Virus record (IMG/VR): IMGVR_UViG_3300042477_000769
Direction: 5' to 3' (one strand)
Source: a virus
Lineage: Duplodnaviria; Caudoviricetes
Length of the DNA: 64,000 nt
The notes under the pieces were generated by a model. That model saw only the letters and a program-made list of their open reading frames with translations. It was not told the DNA's origin and did not search any database. The position numbers and the translations under genes are program-made. Of this stretch, positions 57,325-64,000 are shown one piece after another. Positions within the stretch are counted from its first letter, which is position 1; each line of letters opens with the position of its first letter.

Positions 57325-58071
57325 ATGGCAAGTAGTTTTTATATTTATATGATTCATAACATTATCAATAATAAAGTGTATGTTGGTAAAACTTATCATG
57401 TAAATAATCGTTGGTCTAAACATTTAAAAGTGGCGAGCTCCTCTCGTATTCGTGAAAAATTTCATCTGCATTATGCTATTTCTAAGTATGGTAAAGATAA
57501 TTTTGTCTTTTCTATTCTTCAAAGTTTTCCTTGCGAACAATTAGCTAACCAAGCAGAAAAATATTGGATTAATTATTTTAATTCTATTGCTACTGGTTAT
57601 AATTTAACTGCTGGTGGTGAAGGTTGCCTAGGTAGAAAATTATCTGAGGAAACAAAGAATAAAATACGGCAAAAATCTTTGGGAAGAAAACACTCCAGCC
57701 AAACAAAATCTTTATTAAGAGAATTAAATCGCGGTAAAATGCCAAGTAATATTAGCCAGTTAGCGGCATTAAATTCTGGTAAAAAACTAACTATTCAACA
57801 TAAAAGTAATATTAGTTTATCTAAAACTGGTAAATCTTTTAGTAAGCAACATAAACAAAATTTATCTGCTAGTCTAAAAGGATTATTTAAAGGTGAGAAG
57901 AATCCTCAAGCAAAACTCACAAAACAATTAGTCTTAGAAATAAGAAATAAATATCACAGTAATCAATATACTAAAACTGCCTTAGCACAAGAATATAATA
58001 TTTCTAGAAGTCAAATTAATAGAATTATTAGCAATAATACCTGGAAAAATTTAGGAAGCACTGATGAGTAA
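57325..58071 (+). CDS. Free-standing GIY-YIG homing endonuclease with NUMOD3-like repeats
   Basis: FYIYMIHNIINNKVYVGKT...RWSKH, EKYWI, GYNLTAGGEG, then repeats GRKLSEETKNKI / GRKHSSQTK / GKKLTIQHKSNIS / GKSFSKQHKQNLS, and GEKNPQAKLT plus an HTH. Confidence 0.88.
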   Translation: MASSFYIYMIHNIINNKVYVGKTYHVNNRWSKHLKVASSSRIREKFHLHYAISKYGKDNFVFSILQSFPCEQLANQAEKYWINYFNSIATGYNLTAGGEGCLGRKLSEETKNKIRQKSLGRKHSSQTKSLLRELNRGKMPSNISQLAALNSGKKLTIQHKSNISLSKTGKSFSKQHKQNLSASLKGLFKGEKNPQAKLTKQLVLEIRNKYHSNQYTKTALAQEYNISRSQINRIISNNTWKNLGSTDE

Positions 58072-59278
58072 TACTTTTGATGTTGGAATTATTGGCGCTG
58101 GCATGGCTGGGTCTTTTGCGGCTATGAAGCTAGCTAAAGATTGTAAGAACGTGAAAGCGATTATGTTTGATTTGGGACGACCGCCGCTGAAGCGCAGACG
58201 GCAGCTAGAGGGCTGGCTGGGCTGTCTCCCCAACAGCGACGGTAAACTTTACCTCAGTAATTTACAAAAAGTCACGGAGGTGGTCGGGGCTCGTAAATGC
58301 AAATCGTCATATAATTTTTTTGAAAAAACGATAGGTAATATAGGAACTTTTAAAACTACTAAAGACAAATCTCCACATCTCTCCATGGAGAAAAAAATAA
58401 AAAAAATAGGATATGATATTTCATTAAATGATTATATTCAAATATATCCTAAAGAGATCCATGCATTATCTAAGTATATGTCGGAATTTATTGAATTACA
58501 AAACAATATTACTTATAGTTTTGATAATGAAGTAAAGGCTATTCATAAACAAAAAGGTAGTTTTACTATTACCACAGATACTCAAGAATTTAAATGTAAA
58601 AAAATAATTATTGCTGTTGGTCGAAGTGGATGGAGATGGGTCAAGAATTTATTCTCTAATTTTGGTATTATAGAAAATAATGATATAGCTAAATTTGGCA
58701 TTAGAATTGAATTAAACGCTCCGAATATGAAAGACTTTAATAAGTCTAATTGTACGCTTTTAAAAAATGATGATATTGAAATTGGTCCGTTTTCCTGGTA
58801 TGGGACAGTGATACCAGAAGATCATTTAGATATGGCGATTTCTGCCTTTCGATCAAATGAAAATAGATGGAAAACAGATAAAGTATCTTTTAATTTAATT
58901 GGTCATCGACCATTTCCTGGCACTGGATTTGAACAGACAGATAGAATTGGAAAATTAACTTTCATTCTAGCAAATGATAGAATTATTAAAGAAAAAGTTA
59001 GCGCTATTATTAGCGGGAAAAGTAAAATTTCTATTATTCCAGAGTATAAATGGTTACAAGATATATTAGTAGAGCTATCTTTAGCTATACCAGAAATTGC
59101 TACTAAAGCATATTATCATGTCCCTACTATCATGCCACTGGCTCCTAAAATAAATTTAGGAAATAATTTAGAGTCAGAAATAACAGGTATGTTTGTAGCC
59201 GGTGAAAGTGCCGGAATTCATGGATTATTAGCAGCGGCTACTACTGGAATTGTTGCAGCTACAGAAATTATTAAATAA
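58064..59278 (+). CDS. FAD-dependent oxidoreductase (COG2509-like)
   Basis: Rossmann GIIGAGMAG, SDGKL motif, IAVGRSG, C-terminal GMFVAGESAG..GLLAAATTG. Confidence 0.75.
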   Translation: MSNTFDVGIIGAGMAGSFAAMKLAKDCKNVKAIMFDLGRPPLKRRRQLEGWLGCLPNSDGKLYLSNLQKVTEVVGARKCKSSYNFFEKTIGNIGTFKTTKDKSPHLSMEKKIKKIGYDISLNDYIQIYPKEIHALSKYMSEFIELQNNITYSFDNEVKAIHKQKGSFTITTDTQEFKCKKIIIAVGRSGWRWVKNLFSNFGIIENNDIAKFGIRIELNAPNMKDFNKSNCTLLKNDDIEIGPFSWYGTVIPEDHLDMAISAFRSNENRWKTDKVSFNLIGHRPFPGTGFEQTDRIGKLTFILANDRIIKEKVSAIISGKSKISIIPEYKWLQDILVELSLAIPEIATKAYYHVPTIMPLAPKINLGNNLESEITGMFVAGESAGIHGLLAAATTGIVAATEIIK

Positions 59279-59286
59279 AAAAATAT

Positions 59287-59634
59287 ATGAAAATCTCTAA
59301 ATCAAATTTTTTATCAGTCACTGATGAATTAAAAGAAAATAGTCAAAAACATAATCTCTCCAAAATAGAGATGGATCTCTATCATGATGAATATAATGTG
59401 GTAGAAAAATTAATTCGTGTTAAAAGATTTTCTCTTCCTAATAAAGGTGAAAAATGGAAAATCTTTGAAGATAATAAATTAATCCATACTATTGAAGGAA
59501 CAAAATTAACTCTTAAAGAAAGAGAATTCTTAAGAACTGTGGATGGCGCTAATTGGTTATTACAGCAAGCAAAATTAGGCATTAAATCTTTTAATTCTTT
59601 TAAAAAAATTTTAAAAGAAAAATTATCCCATTAA
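59287..59634 (+). CDS. Hypothetical protein (115 aa)
   Basis: Full-length ORF filling the gap. Confidence 0.7.
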   Translation: MKISKSNFLSVTDELKENSQKHNLSKIEMDLYHDEYNVVEKLIRVKRFSLPNKGEKWKIFEDNKLIHTIEGTKLTLKEREFLRTVDGANWLLQQAKLGIKSFNSFKKILKEKLSH

Positions 59635-59644
59635 ATTTTTGTTC

Positions 59645-59672
59645 TTGACACCCTAATTTTAGTGATTATTTT
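59645..59672 (+). promoter_or_regulatory. Promoter TTGACA-N16-TATTTT
   Basis: TTGACA at 59645-59650 and TATTTT at 59667-59672. SD GAGG upstream of ATG 59699. Confidence 0.55.
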
Positions 59673-59698
59673 CGTTAAAACCACAACGAGGTATTTTA

Positions 59699-60280
59699 AT
59701 GGAATATGTTATATATGTTGCTGACGTAGAAACTACTGGATTAGATGATCGAACTAATGATATTATTGAGTTATCTTTATATCGTTTAACAGACCAGGTT
59801 CAAAAAACCTGGTGTATCAAACCTTTTAATGTTCAGGCTATTGATGCTGATTCTTTAAGAATAAATGGTCATAAAAGGGAAGATCTATTACACCAAACTA
59901 AAGGTAGTTCCAGTGTTTATATTGATCCCAATAAAGTTATTATTGAAGTTGAAAATTGGGTAATGGAAGATGGCGTTCCGACTACTCAACGTATTTTGGC
60001 TGGACAAAATGTTGCCTTTGATAAAGGATTTTTAGAGCAGCATTGGATTAAAGGTAATTCTAAAGATTCTTTTCCATTTGGCCGCCGATTATTGGATACC
60101 ATGCAAATAGAATTTTTCTTAGATTTATGCCAGGGCTCTATGGCTGAAGGATATAGTCTAAATAACTTAACTAAAAAATATGGTTTAAAAAATGAAAAGG
60201 CCCATAGTGCGGCTGCTGACGTTAAAGTAACTAAAGATGTATTATTGAAGCAAATAGAATTCTTTAAAAAGAAACTTTGA
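59699..60280 (+). CDS. DEDDh 3'-5' exonuclease (DnaQ-like)
   Basis: ExoI ADVETTG, ExoII GQNVAFD, ExoIII AHSAAAD. Confidence 0.88.
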   Translation: MEYVIYVADVETTGLDDRTNDIIELSLYRLTDQVQKTWCIKPFNVQAIDADSLRINGHKREDLLHQTKGSSSVYIDPNKVIIEVENWVMEDGVPTTQRILAGQNVAFDKGFLEQHWIKGNSKDSFPFGRRLLDTMQIEFFLDLCQGSMAEGYSLNNLTKKYGLKNEKAHSAAADVKVTKDVLLKQIEFFKKKL

Positions 60281-61251
60281 TGGCTCATGTTAAAATATTA
60301 TATGCAGCTCAAAATAGCTACTCCTCAAGAATTCAATTAGAAAGATTCTTAGTAGCCACTAAAGATTTACCATTTATTATTAAAATAGCTGCTTTTAAAA
60401 AATCAAGTCCAATTAATGTTAATATTGATTGGACTTTAGACTGTTTACATAATATTTTTAAACCAGATCATATCTCTATAGATAATGATAATTTCCATAT
60501 TTATTTAAATCAAATTAAATCTTTTAATCCTGACCTAATAATTAGTGATATGGAATATTTTTCTTCAGAAATAGCCATTTCTTTAGGAAAAGAATTGTGG
60601 CAAGTTAGTTCGTCTTTAATTAATTTTGCTATTCCTTATGACTATAAATATAATTTGGGGCTATTTAAAAAATATGCCTATCTTTTAAATAGAATCCCTG
60701 TTCATACTCAAAGAATGGTCAATATTCAAGTAAATTCTAATTTGAATTTAATTCATTCGCATTTAGGAGATTATGATCAACCTCCTCCTATCAAAGAAAC
60801 TTACCAATGGATACGTCCCTATTTTTCTATTGGTAAAATTCATAAACCTTGCCATCACCAGGTAGTAGGTGTAATGATAAAAAAGAATAAACAACTACTT
60901 CAAACTCTGAACAATTATTCAGATGTAGTTTGTTTTACAGAAAAAATTGATGAATATTATTCAAATATTACCTTAAAAGATCTAAATCATATAGATGAAT
61001 ATTACTGTAATATCAGAAATTCTGACATTTTCATTTGTAATGGCCAGGCTAGCTTTTTATCAGATAGTTTTTATAATAATAAATTCGCTCTTACCATTGA
61101 TCCAGAGCCCGAAGATTTGGCAGTTTGTTTCATTTCTGAAAAATTAAATTTAAGTTCCAGCACTGTCGCACAATCCGATCAAATACAGTATCATTTAAAT
61201 CCTAATATTGTATTTTTACATGAAAAAATATTAGAACATTATAACATGTGA
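60280..61251 (+). CDS. Divergent GT-B fold glycosyltransferase-like protein (MJ1255-like)
   Basis: KILYAAQ, FNPDLIISDMEY, DIFICNGQASFLSDS pattern. Several canonical residues look degenerate. TGATG overlap. Confidence 0.5.
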   Translation: MAHVKILYAAQNSYSSRIQLERFLVATKDLPFIIKIAAFKKSSPINVNIDWTLDCLHNIFKPDHISIDNDNFHIYLNQIKSFNPDLIISDMEYFSSEIAISLGKELWQVSSSLINFAIPYDYKYNLGLFKKYAYLLNRIPVHTQRMVNIQVNSNLNLIHSHLGDYDQPPPIKETYQWIRPYFSIGKIHKPCHHQVVGVMIKKNKQLLQTLNNYSDVVCFTEKIDEYYSNITLKDLNHIDEYYCNIRNSDIFICNGQASFLSDSFYNNKFALTIDPEPEDLAVCFISEKLNLSSSTVAQSDQIQYHLNPNIVFLHEKILEHYNM

Positions 61252-61290
61252 GTTATATACAAAAACAGAAATTAGGAGTAAAGGATAGAT

Positions 61291-61770
61291 ATGACTCAAG
61301 CAAATAAATTTCAAGCTCGTGGAAAAACTAAAGTTATTAAGGGTAGCATTTTAGCTCCAGAAAATGCTGGTTTAAGATTTGTATTAAGTGTTAATAACTT
61401 AGCGGGCAAATCTGATAGTCATCCATTATACCCATTATTTGAAAAAAAATGGAGAAAAGTAAAAGAAGAAGCTAAAGCCTGGTATGCTACTAAAACAGGC
61501 TCCTATAAATTGGGAGCAGTAAATACTACAGCTGTGCAAAGTGACACCTGGGTAGTTCATATGTTATGCCAGGACGATACTTTAACTACCAATGATGAGG
61601 CTTTAGCTAAATGTTTAAAGGAAGTTTGTAAGATGGCTAAATATGAAAAAGCTACCATTCATGTGTCGACCTTATTAACTGCAGCAATGCCAGAATTAGT
61701 TGATCATTTAAGTAAAGAGTTAGTAGATCAAGGAGTAAGTGTCCTGCTCTATGAAGAGCCTGACGCATAA
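61291..61770 (+). CDS. Macrodomain-like protein with degenerate Gly-rich loops
   Basis: KVIKGSIL, FEKKW..V.E..KAW, KLGAV..V..DTWVVHMLCQ, EALAKCLKEV..A...ATIHV, VSVLLY follow the Poa1p-type macrodomain order. Confidence 0.55.
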   Translation: MTQANKFQARGKTKVIKGSILAPENAGLRFVLSVNNLAGKSDSHPLYPLFEKKWRKVKEEAKAWYATKTGSYKLGAVNTTAVQSDTWVVHMLCQDDTLTTNDEALAKCLKEVCKMAKYEKATIHVSTLLTAAMPELVDHLSKELVDQGVSVLLYEEPDA

Positions 61771-61785
61771 TTTAATATTTAAATT

Positions 61786-62169
61786 ATGGCCAAGCTGAAA
61801 CCTGGTGATTGCATTAATTGTTGCATCAAGGATTATTATTTAGTTAGCCCTTATCACGAATATGATGAGGTTTTAACTTTTGAGGTGGTAGCGGAGAGTA
61901 ATTTTGGATATTATGTCTACGTGCCACATTATATTACCTTAAATAATCTAAATCATTTTAGCGAATCTCAATGCAAATTTTTAGGAATTGACCGTAAATT
62001 TTACGGTCAAAATTTTTTGTACGTGAAAGATAGTTTTATCTATCGTGTCAAATCGGTGCAAGATGGAATGACCTGTCATAAATGCCAAGATTTCTTTTTA
62101 ATGGCTGAAGCCAATCAAGAAGATGGTACTTTAATTTGTTATGCCTGCCGTCAAAACCCATATCGATAA
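61786..62169 (+). CDS. Hypothetical protein with C-terminal CxxC...CxxC zinc finger
   Basis: TCHKC...ICYAC. Confidence 0.65.
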   Translation: MAKLKPGDCINCCIKDYYLVSPYHEYDEVLTFEVVAESNFGYYVYVPHYITLNNLNHFSESQCKFLGIDRKFYGQNFLYVKDSFIYRVKSVQDGMTCHKCQDFFLMAEANQEDGTLICYACRQNPYR

Positions 62170-62184
62170 TATCACATTAATATC

Positions 62185-62868
62185 ATGAACTCTTTTGCTC
62201 AAGATTCTGAAATAAGTGCGCTTTTAAAAGAATTAAAAGATTTATTAGGAGAACCCGAATCTTTTAAACAAGATATTAGTAATAATACGTTTCAATCTCC
62301 CATTAAAGGATCTTGGAAAAACCTTGGAGATTTTAATGTCTCGATGAAGAGACATCATGGCGGCACTGGTCATTTTGGCGTTGATATGAGTATTTCAGGA
62401 GGCACACCAATTTATCCTATGGCTCCAGGTACCGTTACTAAAGTAGATTCTAATGATTTAGGCGGTAATGTGATTGGTATTCAGCATGCAAATAATATTT
62501 GGTCTTATTATGCTCATTTAGGAACTATTAAGGTTCAACCCGGAGATAAGGTTAATAATAATTCAGTCATTGGCTCCGTAGGTAATAGTGGAAATGCCAA
62601 ATCTTCTTGGCCTCATATTCATTTTGGAGTCAAAGTAAATGGTACCTGGGTTAATCCTGCTCAATTTTTTTCTATTCCCAAGTATGACCCGGAATTTGCT
62701 AAGAATCCTAATAAATTCCAATCTCGTTGGGTGACGCCAGAGGCTCAACAAGAAGCAAAGCAATTTAATATTTTAGAGCACAAACGAAAAAAAGAGAGTG
62801 TAGCCACCCCCTCTCAACTGTCTCAGATTATCAAATTAGCCGATTATTTTTATAAATTAACCAAATAA
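62185..62868 (+). CDS. M23-family peptidase
   Basis: HFGVD (HxxxD), PIYPMAPGTV, GGNVIGIQH...SYYAHL, VIGSVGNSG, PHIHFGV (HxH), VNPAQF. Confidence 0.9.
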   Translation: MNSFAQDSEISALLKELKDLLGEPESFKQDISNNTFQSPIKGSWKNLGDFNVSMKRHHGGTGHFGVDMSISGGTPIYPMAPGTVTKVDSNDLGGNVIGIQHANNIWSYYAHLGTIKVQPGDKVNNNSVIGSVGNSGNAKSSWPHIHFGVKVNGTWVNPAQFFSIPKYDPEFAKNPNKFQSRWVTPEAQQEAKQFNILEHKRKKESVATPSQLSQIIKLADYFYKLTK

Positions 62869-63648
62869 TTATTCATAGGCAATAGTTATTCGAGCGCTAT
62901 GGCAAATAGCACGGTCAGCTCCGGCTGGACTAACTTTCCATAATCTTACCTCATAGTAAGTTACTTCATCATTTCTAATATTACCGGCAGCAGATCCAAC
63001 AACTAAGGCTGGACTTTCTAATTCGGTAACATTTTGGTTATTAAATTGAAAATTAGTATTGGTAACTAATACATTATGAGTTACATCAAATAATTGAATA
63101 TAACCATCAATACCGGGATCCCCAGACACCTCTACATCAGCATAGAATTTAACTATTCTTAGTCTGCCATCTCCTAAAACTGAAATAAAAGGTTCCATAT
63201 CTAAATTCCTACCACCAATCGCAGATGCAGTATTGGATCCGCTTAGCTGAGCACCAGAAATAAACGCAATATCAGCAGCACTAACAGCTGATTGGGTGGA
63301 GGTAAAAGAAGGCTTCCAAACAATACCATCCCAAGTTAAAGTTTGATTAAAAGTTGGAGCTACGCTTGATAATGGTCTTCCTTGGATTCCAATAACTATT
63401 GGAATACTATACGTTCCGCCTAAATCACCTGCTAAAGAAATGATATTATTAGTTAATATATTTTCTAATACATCTAATCTATTCCTTAGATTAGTATATG
63501 GCCCACTAGGCTTAACACCCAATTCTTGCTCAATAGCTATTATAGCATTTCTTAATCGATTAACAGTATCTCCTCTTACTGGAGAACTATTATCCATAGC
63601 TAATGGAAGTGTCAGAGAGTTATCGATTTGTGCGGGATATGAAGTCAT
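62869..63648 (-). CDS. Tail-fibre-like structural protein (only well-supported minus-strand gene)
   Basis: N-terminal YPAQID..LPLAMD...NRLRNAIIAIEQELG..PSG...RNRLD attachment-type motif, and LAGDLGGT..P.VIGIQGRP.S..AP...Q.L.WDG.VW.P fibre segment. Confidence 0.6.
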   Translation of the reverse strand: MTSYPAQIDNSLTLPLAMDNSSPVRGDTVNRLRNAIIAIEQELGVKPSGPYTNLRNRLDVLENILTNNIISLAGDLGGTYSIPIVIGIQGRPLSSVAPTFNQTLTWDGIVWKPSFTSTQSAVSAADIAFISGAQLSGSNTASAIGGRNLDMEPFISVLGDGRLRIVKFYADVEVSGDPGIDGYIQLFDVTHNVLVTNTNFQFNNQNVTELESPALVVGSAAGNIRNDEVTYYEVRLWKVSPAGADRAICHSARITIAYE

Positions 63649-63721
63649 AAAATCCTATAAATATATATTAGATTTTTAGTATAGTTTTTCCGTGGGTCAC
63701 TAATAAATTTGCATATATTTC

Positions 63722-63730
63722 TGATATAAT
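63722..63730 (+). promoter_or_regulatory. Extended -10 promoter TGA-TATAAT in a divergent intergenic region
   Basis: TG at 63722-63723 and TATAAT at 63725-63730. SD GAGG and ATG 63747 downstream. No clear -35. Confidence 0.55.
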
Positions 63731-63746
63731 TGTTATGAGGTAATTT

Positions 63747-64000
63747 ATGGCGTTTGTTTTTAGTAAAACTACCCCGGCTACTGGATCAATAGCTGTCTTT
63801 GAATTTAAGGAGCTATTAAAGACTGCTGGTTGGACAGTTTTATCGTCATCTGATGGTACTACTTATAATGCTTCTGGAGACCAGATTAGTACTGGCGCCT
63901 CCGGGGCTAATGGAATGGCTAATAATAGCGCTTGGTTTAGAATAAGGTCTCCGGTAGGAGTAGGTTCTCAAGAATTTACTATTCAACGAGGAACTATTAA
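63747..64000 (+). CDS. Probable virion protein, 3' truncated (not in ORF track)
   Basis: SD GAGG. MAFVFSKTTPATGSIAVFEFKELLKTAGWTVLSSSDGTTYNASGDQISTGASGANGMANNSAWFRIRSP... is open to the window end. Confidence 0.65.
   Translation, partial: MAFVFSKTTPATGSIAVFEFKELLKTAGWTVLSSSDGTTYNASGDQISTGASGANGMANNSAWFRIRSPVGVGSQEFTIQRGTI

Noticed and set aside
8181-63667. TATATA as a phage late-promoter motif (8181, 12561, 41195, 43631, 48244, 56623, 56632, 61254, 63662)
   Set aside because: It recurs before several genes, but several copies are expected by chance in such AT-rich intergenic DNA and distances to start codons vary widely. It needs an enrichment test and start-site mapping.
124-63679. Minus-strand and alternate-frame ORFs in the track (e.g. 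124-441, 8025-8348, 12603-12986, 25392-25718, 29829-30131, 38998-39312, 41929-42285, 42367-42696, 46496-46798, 51828-52139, 59986-60288, 63440-63679)
   Set aside because: They lie wholly or mostly within well-supported genes, lack SD sites and recognisable motifs, and are the expected shadows of codon bias.
1-64000. tRNA, rRNA, intron or intein
   Set aside because: No T-arm (GTTCRA.TCC) in a cloverleaf context was seen. The usual hot-spot genes (nrdA, nrdB, dnaB, helicase) are uninterrupted and of expected length.

Overview
An AT-rich, gene-dense segment of a large (probably jumbo) tailed bacteriophage with a contractile-tail baseplate. Almost all genes are on the + strand, with Shine-Dalgarno sites and sigma70-like promoters. 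Layout: (1) 1-27.6 kb, a greatly enlarged baseplate/fibre module (tube-like, hub, spike, gp25-like, baseplate-J-like, LamG-bearing wedge, dockerin-bearing fibre); (2) 27.6-31.7 kb, small overlapping early-type ORFs behind TTGACA-N16-TAnnnT promoters; (3) 31.8-41.2 kb, a glycosylation cluster (GT4, SAM methyltransferase, two GT2, RmlB-like dehydratase) interleaved with two Zn-ribbon endonucleases, three HREDGPA-repeat paralogues, an Fpg/Nei glycosylase and a candidate envelope-spanning protein; (4) 41.2-55 kb, tubulin/FtsZ-like GTPase, GH25 endolysin, SF2 helicase, DnaC-like loader, DnaB, sigma factor, class I RNR and PIN-PhoH; (5) 55-64 kb, Met aminopeptidase, GIY-YIG endonuclease, FAD oxidoreductase, DEDDh exonuclease, degenerate macrodomain, M23 peptidase and fibre-like genes. 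The most unusual signal: each of the three free-standing endonuclease genes lies next to a 140-180 bp patch in the neighbouring gene. Each patch sits on that gene's conserved motif and has G-ending codons on the left and C-ending codons on the right, as if A>G changes had accumulated on both strands around a cut site. All product calls come from motif recognition by eye; no database searches were run. No tRNA, rRNA or CRISPR array was seen.
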